Source of the DNA: the human T2T-CHM13v2.0 reference genome, Homo sapiens
Reading direction: 5' to 3' (one strand)
DNA: 64,000 bases
NCBI RefSeq assembly: GCF_009914755.1
Contig: NC_060928.1
Below the pieces are notes generated by a model. It did not search any database and was not told where the DNA came from. It saw only the letters and a program-made list of their open reading frames with translations. The translations under genes and the position numbers were made by a program. Below are positions 41,200 to 55,570 of the stretch, piece by piece. Numbering within the stretch: the stretch's first letter is position 1; each line of letters begins with the position of its first letter.

Positions 41200-42030
41200 A
41201 ATGTAGGAGGGACAAATAATTTAAAAAGTAAACAAGAAAATAGCAGGTGGTGATAAATGCAGAACAATGACAATAATCAGTGTGATGTCTTAGAGAGCCC
41301 CTAGGGGCCATTTTTGGCAGGGTGGTCAAAAAAGGCTTCTCCAAAAAGGGGATTTCAGCTGAAGCTTTCGTGATAAGAAGGAGCATGCTTTCTGAGCACG
41401 TGGGCTTACCAGGTAAAAAGGGCAGCTAGTGCGAAAGCCCTGTGGTAGGAATAAGCTTTGGCAAATACAAGGAATTAGAAGAAGGTCAATGTACCAGAAG
41501 CACAGTCGTTAAGGTGGACAGTAAGGAATGGAATATGAGACAGTCAGACAAATCCTAAGAAGGCAGGGCCTTCATAGGCCAGGCGAAGAGTTCAGATTGT
41601 ACTTTAAGTGTTACAGAAAGCCATTGGAGGGTTTCAAGCAGGGGAGTGACATGACCTGACTCACATTTTAAAATAATTACTTTGGCCTCTCTTTGGAGAA
41701 CAGAAGGTAAGGGGTAAATGTGGAAGCAGGAAGGCCAAGTAGGAGGCGAGTACAGTATTTTACACGAGACTCGATAAAATCTGGACTGTGGTTGTAGCAG
41801 TGGAGATAGAAAAATGTAAAAGAAAAAAGAATTAAGACACATTTTTGAGGCAATACTAATATTCTACCTTACAATCTACCGCCTCCTTACTCTGCCAAAT
41901 CTCACACATACAGCATGCATTCATTTATGCTGTCCATTAACGATAGTTTATTGTACACTTACTATGTGCCAGATGTAGAGCCAGGTCATGGTATCACACC
42001 AAAAGATAGAAGTCAGCTCAGTCTCCAACA
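41200..42030 (-). mobile_element. L2 fragments
   Basis: AAAGCCATTGGAGGGTTTCAAGCAGGGGAGTGACATGACCTGACTCACATTTTAAAA and TTTATTGTACACTTACTATGTGCCAG are classic L2 motifs. Confidence 0.8.
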
Positions 42031-44349
42031 AATAATTTTGCTTAGTCATCAATACCAGACCTCATCCTAAGTAACCAGTTCTGAATAAGATATTATTTTA
42101 TATTAAAGTTTCACCAAGAAGGCATTTAAAAAATGCAATATTAAAACTGAAAGCCAGAAGAATTCTACCTGTTAGTTTAATTTTTCTGCTTATAATAAGC
42201 AATAATTCCACATAATTCTATTAGCTAGTTTCATGTCATTAATATCCTCTCACCCATCTTCACAGTCAATTGGAAGATCAACTAGAAGAGCTTCTTCAAA
42301 TGCCTGCTAGAAGAATTGTTTCTATTTTCAGTTTTCGTGACCTGCTATGCTGGGGAGATTGAATGAGATACTCAAGTACCTTGCTTTTTAGACTGGAATC
42401 TTTAATACATGGTACTATCACCCATAGTGATGCCTCATTTTTTTAGGTGACTCTCTGCCCCCTTTTTTTAGGTGACTCTTTTCAGCACCTAATCTTGGTT
42501 CTGGTAAGTAGGTTGAGAAGCTAATCCTTCAGTCCTAAATTGAATTTGCAAATTGTCAATGAGAAGCACAGTGTTCTTCAAACAAAAACAGACAATACTA
42601 GGCTTAGGGTTTTTTAAAAAAACTTCAAGTCAGGTATAACATAACAACCTTTCCAGATATTAGAAAGGCTGTCTCAAATTTCTTTATAAGCTCTTTGAAG
42701 AATTAGCAATGACCATTTCCTTTCCATTTTATAAGCTAAACCTTTTCACTTTCTATTACTTTCTTTTTTTAATGTGTTTTACAAGAGTCCTTTCTATTAT
42801 TTTCCACTTTCATCATCTATAATATGATGCTTTCTTGACTCAAAATTATCCAACTTCCTGTGGTTAATATGGACAAAATTCTGTAAATTGTGCACGTTAT
42901 TGACTTGTAGCACTCAGTGAAGAGAGCAAACCAACTGTACCACCTGGCCAATATGCAACTCCCCTGTCCTCTGCCCTGACACTTTAGTGCAGCCCTAGCC
43001 AGGACAGGCCCCAGCCCAAGAGTCCTCAGTAGTTACCCAAGGCTCTTCTGGGAATCCACTGGATAAATGTGTATCATTGGTTTTTCTCTGGCTTCCCTAT
43101 ATAATTGATAAACATAGTAGTGTTATTTCTAATTCACCATTTACAGAAAAATAATTGCAATATTTTAGGCTGTGTGATATAAAAACATATTATTGACAAT
43201 TGATTAAATGGTGTATTTGTGTCTTGTTCTATTAAAAAATTAAGAGTAGGTTCTTAGTTAGAAAAGTAGTCCCCTATGACTTTGAGTCTCAAATGTATTA
43301 TTTAACTGGTAGAGCAACTGAAAATCATAACATAAGATATGATGAAATATTCAGATATCAAATTTAAATTAATTTAGTACTGATTGAGATCCTATTTTCT
43401 CATTCTCTACATAATGAGAATAGAGAAGGTTTAAGAAAAAATGAGGGTTAAGTTTTAGTGGAGAGAATTTCAGTAATTAATTTAATTTTCTTCCTAAAAA
43501 TTTGGAAAAGGCTATTGTCATTAAGTGTTAATACTGAAGTAGTGACGCTCTATGGTCTCAAATGGGAACAGAGCTCCAAATTCACGATCCTGTTACAACA
43601 TTGTTTATATGCAGAAATCAATTAAATTTATATCGTTTACATTCAGGGGCTGTTAAGCTGCCACAATGCTGAGAATTGCCTGTAGTAAAATGTCTGTAGC
43701 ATGAGAGAGCCACATTTAAGGAAAGAAATCAGTTTTACTACATACATCATGCTCTGTCCTAATGAATTTCAAACACATTGAGGAATTGGACTAGATGCCC
43801 TCAGTAGTCCCTTTTAGCCCTGAAATTTTGTGATTTCATATTAAATGTCTTTGGTCACCGGATAACCTTGCATATTGAAAAATGTTGCACATTTTGATAA
43901 GCCCAGGGTGCAAGAGTTCTTTCTGTAAGCAGCCTTAGAGAATTGTTGTTGAATTCTTCGGAAAAGTAAGTCTCTAGAAAAATCTAACGTCTGAAAATAA
44001 AAGCAGATTAGAGAGAGGTGAGCAGCAGAAATTTACACACCAGAATGCTAAGAAAACATTGCAGAAAAGTTCTTTTTAATCTTCTGATAATTGCAAAGCA
44101 AGTAGGTCACTAGTTGAGATAGAAACATCTTTTTCAAAGCTTCCTTTTCCAGCCAGGAAAATGTAGAAATGTGTCAGGGATCAAATATATTTGCAGAATA
44201 TTTACTATGGAAACTTGTAGACTTTGATATTTTAAAATGCAACTGCAATAACAGGTACTTTATAATCATTCAAATGAATTATGAACATGTTTCTAAGCAG
44301 AGGCCCTGCCAGGCCTGATTTTTATGGGTACTGGGACCCTCAATTATTG

Positions 44350-44550
44350 CTGCAGAAAAAACTTGGCATTGGTGTCTGAAAGACTTGGTTTTGGATTTGG
44401 GCATTTTGCTACTTAACTAGCTATGCAAGTTACTAGCTTAGGCACGTTAACTTAAGTTTTCTGTGACTTTACCGACTGTAATAATATAATAGCTACCGCA
44501 TAGTTGAGGATGAAAGAAATAATATGTGAGAAAATACTTAAATACAAGTT
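44350..44550 (+). mobile_element. MIR
   Basis: Degenerate MIR (GCTACTTAACTAGCTATG...GTTGAGGATGAAAGAAATAATATGTGAGAAA). Confidence 0.55.
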
Positions 44551-44865
44551 TCCTTTCTCTTTCCTCTCATCTGCCATCACTGCTTCTCACCAATGGCCAC
44601 ACTCAGGAGAAAACACAGGCACTAGTGCCCTTCGAAAGAATTTGTACTCTTACCATCCTTTTATATTTTTTTGTTGACTCCTCTAATGTACAGCAAGTGA
44701 GTACCATATCAAATAAAAGAAAATTAAGTTAGTAAAATTCTGAATTAACATTATGCTCCATGTGCTTTTCCCAAATTTGTCAAGCTCTTTCAAGATGCGG
44801 TCATACTGGAACACTCGCTTATCTTCCTTCCAAGGAATTCAGCACTCTTTCACATTGATTTAAAG

Positions 44866-45658
<793 letters not shown>

Positions 45659-45677
45659 TCAACTATCCTTTAAAAGA

Positions 45678-45855
45678 AGACTGGGCAACATAGCAAGACC
45701 CTGCCTCTACCAGCTGCCTGTAGTCCTAGCTACTCAGGAGGCTGAAACGGGAAGATCTCTTGAGTCCAGGAGTTCGAGGCTGCAGGGAGCCATGATCACA
45801 CTACTGCACTCCTGCCTTAGCAACACAGCAAGACCTTGTCTCTAAAAAAATAAAG
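45678..45855 (+). mobile_element. Truncated AluJ/FRAM-like fragment
   Basis: End of left arm joined to right arm without the A-rich linker. Confidence 0.85.
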
Positions 45856-48800
45856 CAAAAGGGATCACGTGCTAGACAGCTTGCAATTTGGTTATTAGGA
45901 AAATAAAAACTTGTGATTTCAAATGCATACTTGATTTTCTTCAAAATGTAATTTTGATTTGATAAACTTACTATGTAATGCTTCACTTACATTGCTTTGT
46001 TTTCACACAGAAAATGGGATATATTGTATGTAACATAATATATATTCACACACAGAGAGTGAAAGAGAGTGCACATACCTTTGTCCCCTCAGTGCACACA
46101 TAAAAGTGAGTATTTATAATCTGAGCTAGCACGAGATTTAATGAATATGAGCAGACCACTACTTGACGCATGCCATTTTCTTTGTAATGTCAATCATTTT
46201 TGCCTTTATTTAAAAAGTTAGGTTAATGTTTGAGATTAATGAGCACTTGAAATGTTTCACTTAAAACCAATAGACTGTGGAAGTAGATGAATTAAATAAT
46301 ACTATGTAACCTATTCAGGTTGCTGAATGATTTATGATTGATATATAAATAGTGTCAGAACATTTGCATTTAAATCTAGAAGTGTTATTCCTATGATTAA
46401 CACATTGAAACAAATGTTTTGGTGGCCATAGTTCATTTTAATATTTTAATTACATATATAAAATATGAATCAGGAAAGGAAATTATTTTAAGTGTGGTCA
46501 GGAAAAACAATGCATGAAAAAAGACGGCATACACAAAATTATTTTGAAGTTCCTCAAAGGCAGATGTTATTATTATACTGACATTATCATTATTATTATA
46601 ATGACATAGCAATGACCATTTCAATGATGTTATCAGATTATCGCCTGAAATATAGTTATGTCAGCTATTCTCACATTTATTGGTAAAACATCTCTGAGCT
46701 CATGTACATCAGGCAGTTTATTCCAATATGAATTATTATAACATTCTCATTTTTTCTCATGTGGAATTTTAAAACTCCTTGTAATCGCTTCAAAGTCTGA
46801 AGTCTATAGGCCTGAGTTAATTTGCATGCTAGGTGCAATTTATTTCTAACAGAAACTATCCTATAATAATCAGACATCTTATGACATCTGATAAAAAATT
46901 TACGTTTTCAAACAAAGTGGGGTTGGTGGTTTATAAGCCCTAAAATAAAAGTGAATCCCTTAAATCTTGAATTTTCAATCTAAATTTGAATGGGTTCAGA
47001 CTCTTGCTAGAAGCAATTACTGAAAACTCATTTCCTTGGTCACCTCCTCACTCCCACCCCCAACCTCCTTTGCAATATAGAGTTAAAATTTAACCCTCTG
47101 GACAAATGTGAGAATTAACTAGTTCGCTCTGTCAAAGCCCACCTGGTTACTATTGACGAAGGAAGCGGCTGGCTGGCAGTTCCTGCCTCATGATCCCAAA
47201 CACCAGGTAGTTTTCAATCTCTTTCACCAATAGAATTACCTTTGATCCTCACAATAACCCCCCAGTGAAGGCGGCAGGGATTATCATCTCCACACAGAAA
47301 TGAATGAAGGGAGGGTCAAGTTACAGTTTATCAATGGCACAGAGCATTAAATCAAGAACAAAGACGCTCCCCGTGATTATATCGGCACATATATTTGAAT
47401 ATGTTTCAGACTGTCGCTTAGTTATTAATTAAGAGACTGTTTAAATTATCCCACCTCCACACTTAGATCCGTTGCTTGTTTGCCCTTCCTAAGACTGTGG
47501 AGATGGAGATTTAATCAAAAGACCTTAGGATGAGCGCCTTGTCAGAGCACAAACATTTTGAAATCCCGATGAAAATGCAGTTTAATGCATCCAGTTAAAT
47601 TGCCTGAGAGGAAATAGTGAATACAGCTTTCTTAAAGCCTTTTCCCTCAGGCCATTAACTAAGAAACTGGTCACTAACTGCTGGTAACAACCCGTTTTGG
47701 AGGGATTATTGCTATTATTGGCATCTGTGGTTTATGGCAACATTTTGTTAAAGACATTAGAAACGATAGTGCAGCTGGACTTGATATTTCAGAGAAATCA
47801 GTCCTTTCCCTTGTGGTTAATGGCCATTTTTTTCTTCCAATCTAAGTGTACCGAGGCTGAGCTGCACTGCTGAGTTTATTATCTGCTGCATTTCTTGTTG
47901 CTCTAAGAAAGATGCTTTACACTGGAGTCAGCATTCAAATCAATGGAGCAAAAATATAACATTTATTGTTAGTAAAATTGAATCATGCTGAAAAAGGCTG
48001 AACGAATGCTTGACTTAAACTGGATGTTAGAAATCATTTCACTTGCCATGAGCACTTTGCAGCTGACACACAGCCACATGCTATTTTCTTCCAGTGATTA
48101 ATTGTTAGCAGGAGCAGGCATATATACATTGCCAAATGGAGAGTAATAACCAAAGTTATATTATTGATTTCCCATAACTCTGTGTGAACTTATATACCTA
48201 GAGAGGGGCCTGCTCTCTGTGGCTTATAGCTGCATGCTGATAATTCACTCTGGTAATTCCATTCCCTGAAAACAGAATTAGAAAGGAGGTGGCCTCGGTG
48301 AAGGGCAGGCAAACATCACACAAGGAAAGAAAAGTTCCAGAGAGTTTCAAAAAATATTTCTTTTGTTCACTTCTAATGGCAGAAACAAGTCAGAACCATG
48401 ACAGGTAAAAACTATAAGGTATAAAATTGAGATTGAAGGCAGATTACAACTATCTTATTTGCATGGAGACTTTTTTTTTTTTTTGCTTTATTGGGGTCCA
48501 TTTTTCCTCCTATATTTTAATCCAAAAACAAAAGATCAGAACATGTCATTAGCTCTACTTCTTAGTGAACCTGACTTTTCTCAAGAAATTTACATCTTTC
48601 TCTCATTTTCTGTTAAGGTTTCTTACCCTGTTTTCTCACCTAAGGAATTATAATGAGGTAGAGTGAATGAGCTCTATGGGGAGAGCAGTGGACCCAGAGA
48701 CTAAAGGTAAAAGGATGATTGATGGTATGAAATTACCATATAAGTACAATCAGGATCAGATTTTAAAATGAATTTTTAAGCAGCCTAAGAGATACTCTTT

Positions 48801-49209
48801 GATTTGCAGTCTGGTGGAATGGATAATGTCTCATTCAGTGGATAAAGTTTCTCACTGTGTTACTTGAGCTTTTTCTGATCTTTCTGACTGGGAGTAAAAT
48901 GGAACCAAAGCCTAAAGTGGTTTTTAATGCAGAAAATATCAAACACAATATTCTTAATGTCAAAACCTGGGCATAGCAGGTGAGAAAAGAAAAATAAATA
49001 GTAGAATATTACTGTTAGTATTATTGTTTCAGTCTCTCCTCTCACAGGCAAATGGGGTTAAAGCATACATTTCTTAAAGGGTAAACTTGTTTACATATTG
49101 AAAAAATAATAATGCTTAGGTTAGTGTCAGGTTTTAATTTTTCTTAGGTGTATAAAATGCTCCAACTAAAATATTCAAGCAAAATGCATTTGGGGGCTAT
49201 ACGTTTTCC

Positions 49210-49650
49210 CACTTTTTTTTTTTAAGTTTATAGATACTTTTTATTTTGAAAAAATTTTAGATTTACAGAAAAGTGGCAAGGATATTAAAGAGAGTTCCTG
49301 TACACACTTCATCCAGCTTCCCCTGTTGTTAACATCTTACATTACTATCAGGGTTGCCAGATTTAGCTGATAAAATACAGGACACCAGTTTAATTTGAAT
49401 TTAAGATCAACGATCTTTTAATGTACCAATGTCCCATGGCAGTCCTAACGTAACCCTAGTATGTTACATTTGCCACAACTGAGAATAAATATTAGAGAAC
49501 GGAATTCTACACTTTTATTTGAATTTCACTAGTTTTCTTATGTATCTCTTTTCTGTTCCAGGATCTCATTCAGGATAGCACATTACATGTAGTCATCATG
49601 TCTCGGTAGGCTCCCCTGGTCTGCAACAGTTTTTCTGACTTCCTGTTTGC
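49210..49650 (-). mobile_element. L1M(B/C) 3' fragment containing a MER3/MER33 piece (~49349-49445)
   Basis: TTTTAGATTTACAGAAAAGTGGCAAG...CTGTTCCAGGATCTCATTCAGGAT; inner CAGGGTTGCCAGATTTAGC is the MER33/MER3 terminus. Confidence 0.7.
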
Positions 49651-50959
49651 TTTTAAACACAGTGCAAAATGAGCTAAAACATTAATTGATAATCTAATAG
49701 TGTTAATACTTGATCATGTATTCAAAATCCACTTTTTAAAAATTAACACATTTTTAAAATGTTTAATATAAATTATTTTAATAGTCTATATCTAATACTG
49801 TATATATAAGATTACAAAAACAGTAATAAATCGTAATTATAAATCAGGATTTTTCATTTTAACATTAGGAAAAATATAACTTGTAGCAACTTGTAAACAC
49901 GTATGAGCTCATCATTAGATTGGAACTATTGTTTTCAGTTGAACATTGTACTTATGGTCTTCGAATATAAAGATAAATACTGGAAACTTTCAAATTATGT
50001 GCTTTTATTTTACTAAGCTTGAATTTTCATTTCATTAGTTTTTCCACAGCATATACATACTTCTAAGAACAGACCCTTGAAAGATGTTAATGAATTTATG
50101 TTGTAAACTTTGTTCATAGCCATAAGTACAAACGTTTTGTTTTGTTTTTGCTTTTGTTTTCTTCAGAATTTTTCTAAGAAAGACTTAAAAAAAAAACACA
50201 GGAGGGATATGGCAATAATCAATCTAGCAGAAAATATTTGAAGCTTGCAGCTTTATAATTCAAGTTGATCTTCATTAAGTTAAAATTCCCTGCTTTAAAA
50301 CATTATGGAAATCTTTAACATTTCAGACAGTTGCTTTTTGTGACAGTTTCTATTTCTTCCCCTCTGCTGACAGTTCCTATAATGACTTTAATCATAGAGT
50401 CTGGAAACGGAATCGGCTATTGAGTAGCAACAAACTCAATGGTCAATGTCTATGTCACTTTTCTGGGAGCAGGACTTTCTGAGCATCAAGAAGCTAATAC
50501 TCAGAGCCTCCTGGAAAAGTGCTAAGTGCATTAACTCTCTGTCAATCACATCTGTAACACACAGGCCAAATTATTACTATTTGGCTCAAGACATTCCATT
50601 GAAACTTATTGGTGTGGTATTCTTATCTGTGTACTGTATATAACTAATGATGATTGTTTATGGAAAGGTGCCTGTCCAATTATTTTTGAAGAAACACAAG
50701 AATGCAGAATGACTGGAAGCATCAGGTTTTTGCCAGAGAATGCCTCAGGTAAGAGGAGAATGGCTAGAGGCTATAAGGAATCACAAGAGACAAGTCAGAG
50801 TCGTAAATTGGGAAACTGACATATCTCATCTAATATACTTGCTAACTAGGCCTTTAAAAACCTTGACATTTAACTAAGTTTGTGGGAAAGTTATGGGTTT
50901 TGTCCTTTTCTATGGGCTCTAACTCATTAATCCAGTGAATTAAGGTGATTATCATTGTT

Positions 50960-51300
50960 ACCAACATTAGGAGATAACGGAGGGAAATGTTTAGAGAGGC
51001 GGTGAGCTTCTCGCAGCGCAGCTGAGCAGCTGTTTACGCAGGCTGTGCCTGTTTCAAAGCCAAGTCAGTCAAAAATGATACTTCAAGTTATTTACCCTTT
51101 TGGTACTTCGGGGCTTGAAATGGCGTGAAAAGAGCCTTTCATTCGGCAGAGGCATTTAAATAAAGCTTTCCAAAGGCTGATGTGTTTGGAAGAGGGTGGG
51201 CTCTTTGCTGAAATAAACAAGTTTCTGGGGATTTTAAGAAAATAGGAAAGAAATGAAAACTTTCCAGTGAATGTCATCTACTTCAACGTCTGATTTTAAT
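50960..51300. promoter_or_regulatory. Candidate enhancer (CpG-retaining; E-box/FOX/TCF/GATA motifs)
   Basis: About 9 CpGs in ~330 bp of unique DNA; CAGCTG x2 overlapping TGTTTAC, plus TTCAAAG, AAATAAACA and AGATAA. Confidence 0.35.
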
Positions 51301-52039
51301 CAAGTTCATATTATTTAAGGGCACAGCAATGGCCCATGAGATCATCTTTGGCTTTTTATGTGAATGTTCCTAAAGTAGATTTAACTTTGCCATAAGATAT
51401 TTTTTTAACTCCAGAAACATTAAGAAACAAGACCAAAGATAAATCATGTGTAATCAGAAAGCAACATAGTTTCTTGAAAAGGCAGAAAAAAAAGGTGCTG
51501 TTCACAAAGCATATAGTAAACTAATTGAGCTTTTAATTCAGGATTTTATTAAACATATGTTAAAAGGAACGCCATTAAACCTAAGTGCTTCAAAATTAGG
51601 TGATGGAATTTGCCTTTTTTAAACAATAGTCTTTGAAATCAAACCAAAAATCTCTTTTTTTAAATTGCAAAGCTCACATTGTTAATTTACTTATATAAAG
51701 TAAATGACAAAGATATCCGGAGACACTTGAGAAAATGTTAAGATAAGACTATCTAACAATTAACATGTGGAAATTATTACTCAGAAACGCTAAGAAACGG
51801 TTTAACCTTTTTTCCGAGTTATTAAAAACCACATGTGTCTGTTTCCTTTTTTACCACTTATTTTAAAAATTTTTAAATTTTTTAAAAGATAAAAAGGCTT
51901 TGCTACTTGCTTTAGAATTATCATTGACAATTTCTAACATTTTAAAGTTTACTGGCAATATGAAAAATAATTTAAAACATGTATTTTAAGGAACATTATT
52001 GACTTATTTATACCAGTTCCTTCCTTTTTGGTTAATTCC

Positions 52040-52740
52040 TATAAAGGATTTATCAAGCCAATATTTATTTAGCATCTTATAGACAACTAGCATAACATTA
52101 CATTCTTTAGAGATAACAAAAATACATTTAAGGCATGGTCCTTCAGGATAACTTCGAGTTCTAATTTTATGCAGAAGACAAATACAGCACTTACTGAAAT
52201 AAAAAGCATGGGAGAACAGTGTAAGACTCTCTGTAGTGATTAATGAGGACTTTCTGTAATAAATAATAAAATGCTATGCTATGTGTATTAAGAAAAAAAA
52301 ATAAGTTTTTACAGCAGTGCAGAGAAGGAAGATCTCCAGATGGAGGGGTCAGGGAAGTGGAGGTCCTAAGGTTGTGGTATGAGAGCTGTCTCGTCCATGT
52401 GCATAGATCAGTGGTGATACGAGTAGCCTGCTCCAAAGCCAGAAAGCCAACTAGACAGAGCGGTAGTTAGTGAAGCGGCTAAGGGTTTCCTAGAGATAAT
52501 AAATATCTTTGATGGAGAGGGCAGCACTGGATGAAAGCAAGTGGAATACACAAGGTGCCCTCTATGTATAAATGTCTACTGCCTTGAGCAAGTTACTTAA
52601 CCTTTCTAAACCTGGGTTTTCTTACCTGTGACATGGACCTAATAATAGTTCCAATCTCATTGACTTTGTGCATAGTGAGTGGCAAAAGGCAGTTATATCT
52701 GTTCGCCTGGACCATGGTGAGAACTCAATGGGATAACACA
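52040..52740. mobile_element. L2 (~52040-52350) and MIR (~52560-52740) fragments
   Basis: AATATTTATTTAGCATCTTA (L2 end); CCTTGAGCAAGTTACTTAACCTTTCTAAACCTGGGTTTTC (MIR). Confidence 0.6.
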
Positions 52741-53744
52741 TACAAAAGACGATGGAGATTGGGAGCAGAGGCTGAAAGGTGTCAGGGAGGGTGTGGCAGC
52801 TGGTCTTAGCCCCATGTCTGTAAGGGACTGATCTGGGAATGCCAAGGCTCAATCTGGACAGCTCTATTTAGGCCTCGTATGTGCAGTGAGTCAGCAGGGA
52901 ATCACTCAGAAATTGAGAAATGTCCCCATATGTTGGTTTATGGTGTTTTTACGTATTGGGGGCCTTACGGTAAGGTCCTGTGGCTAGAGATGAGATTGCT
53001 CCCCATCCAGAGGTAGAAAATGAAAGCTCAAGGGTAAGATTTTAGATAATATGGGATAAATGTCCCTCTGTTTAGGACTGGAGAAAAAAGAAGTTTAGAC
53101 TCAAAATACAAGAGATATTTGCAAGGATATCCAAGTGCCAGCATTTTAAATTGACCCCTGCAATATGTTGGAAGGAGGGAGCTAAAAGCTCTATGCACTG
53201 CACGCTGGGGCTTTAGAAGGGGCTTGAGCCTGAGGACTCCCACAGTAACCATATCTAATAACCAGTATTAAGTCCTCTGAGCATTAATTCATTCTGTTCC
53301 CCAAAGCCATCATAAATGTCTCACACATTACAGCTCAATCTTCCCTATCACTATAGGAAAACATGGGAAGCATCTGAGCCTACACTTCAGACAAAGCTGT
53401 GCCAGGAGAATAGCCCCTGATGCCTGAAAAGAGTCTCTGGACAGGAAGAGGAGACCTTCAGAAGAGCCCAGTAGCAGCGCAAACCCAAACCAACATGCCA
53501 TAGATAGACAGGTTTAGGGACAGGAAGAATTTCCCAGGGGTTCCAAGAGATTCATGAAAGGGAAACTGGGGAAGCCACTGGACCTCTGACAGTAATAAGG
53601 AAAGGAGACCTAGATTATTGTGGTTTGGATATTCATGGGAGGTGTGATCTTACAACCTGCTGATGTATGGGATATCTGGGTCACATAGGATTGTTGCAAG
53701 GTTGAAATGAGATAATGAATAAAAAGTTTTTAGCAAAACATCTG

Positions 53745-54035
53745 TTTTGTTTTTGAGACAAGGTCTCATTCTATTGCCCAGGCTGGAGGGCAGTGGTGCA
53801 ATCTCAGCTCACTGAAACCTCTGCCTCCTGGGTTCAACTGATTCCCGTGTCAAGCCTCCTGAGTAGCTGGGATTACAGGCGCCTGCCACCACATCCGGCC
53901 AATTTTTGTATTCTTAGTAGAGACAGGGTTTTGCCATGTTGTCCAGGTTGGTCTCAAACTATTGGCCTCAAGTCATCCTCCCACCTTGGCCTCCCAAAGT
54001 GCTGAGATTATAGGCATGAACCACCGTGCCTAGCC
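53745..54035 (-). mobile_element. Alu (AluS/Jb) inserted in a MIR
   Basis: Full dimer; MIR-like GGATTGTTGCAAGGTTGAAATGAGATAATG lies upstream. Confidence 0.92.
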
Positions 54036-54939
54036 AACATATGACTTTTTAATAGGATCTCAGGAAATGTCTATTGTAATTGATGTTATTGTTATTGACT
54101 ATGGGATGGTATGTTAGGGGATTATGTAAGTGTGATGGACCAGAAGGTCATATAAGATATATTCACTAAGCAAATCCTGTAGGTACCCAGGCTTCTGCAT
54201 ATACCAAACAGCACCATTGTATGCACAGACAGACCAAAGCCAGACCCTTCCTTCAGAAAGGACTAGAAAGCCAACTTTCTACTTGTCACTTTCCCAGATA
54301 TGGACAAGGTTGTAAACACGTGGAAGTATAATTTTTTTAGTGGCAAATTACAAATGCATTCAACAGAGCTGTTTCAGAAAGTCATGAGTCTGTGGGAGCA
54401 GGTACCAGCCTTAAATGGTGAATGCATTGAAGCAGTGGTAGCTCTGGGGGAGATGGTCCATTTTTCTTTCATTAGACTCCACCGTAACTTGGTATCTTTG
54501 TTTTTCTCCATGGGTTCTTAGGCTCAAAGCCAAAGATAGCCATTTGGCAGAAGCACAGGCCCTAGTGAAACATGTATTGAAAGCAGTCTTCTGTGTTTAA
54601 AGACATCTCCCTATACGACAATTGTCCTGGATGTCAGGCACTGTGTTGGAAGGCAAGCTGACACTTGACAGGTGACATAGGCAGTACTAATGGTAGAAAT
54701 CTGATGAAGCAGAAAACAGAGTGGATTTAAGGAGCTGAGTGAACATCTAGCCAGAAGAAGCCAAGATACAGGGACACCAAGGGCAGAAGATCAGACTCCA
54801 CATCAGCTTCTCAACATGCTACTCACACTCAATGGTTTACCAACAAGAAGCAGCAGGTGGCAGTGTCCCCCAACATTAGCGAGGCCACAGGTCAGGTGTG
54901 GAAGTGGACCAGCTGGGCCAGAAAGTATGAAGCATTCTG

Positions 54940-55570
54940 ATAATACTAATACCTAATATTAATCAAGAAATATTTATCTAGCAGGCTCAACTTTAATGAA
55001 CTAACTCACTTAACGTCACAACAACTGTATTTAATAGATCATGTCATGATCTCAGGCATGCTTATAGCTTCAGGGTGTTTGCACTTGAAGTTTCCTCTAA
55101 TCAAAACACCATTTCCCAGGTATATGCATGGCTTACTCCTCATGGCATTCTGACCTTTGGTCAAATGTCATCTCCCCAGTGAACACTGTTCTGATCATGA
55201 AAATACTCTACCCCACTGCTTATTCCCTTGCCATCCTTTATTTTTCTGCACAGCTCTTATCTCCCGGAAGAAATGTATGTATTTGTGCATTGCTTATAAC
55301 CCTTCTAGAACTTAACATTGCACAGTGGAAGGGAACGTTATCTGGTTTGTTGATGGCTATATCCTAGCCCCCAAAATGATACCCTTCCCAAATAATTAGC
55401 ACAATAAACAGTTGTTGCATGATGAAATATCAATTTATAAAGAAAAAACTGAGTTACAATGAGTTTAAACAAATTACCTGAAGTCTCAAGTCATGCATGC
55501 AAAATCAGGCTTGGAATCCAGGCAGTGCGGCCCCGGGACCCCAGTTCTTGCCTGCTATCCATACTGCCTT
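54940..55570. mobile_element. MIR (minus strand) interrupted by an L2 3' fragment
   Basis: MIR motifs at both ends (AAACTGAGTTAC...GGCTTGGAATCCAGGCAGT); L2 motif CAGGGTGTTTGCACTTG...TCAAATGTCATCTCC in the middle. Confidence 0.55.
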
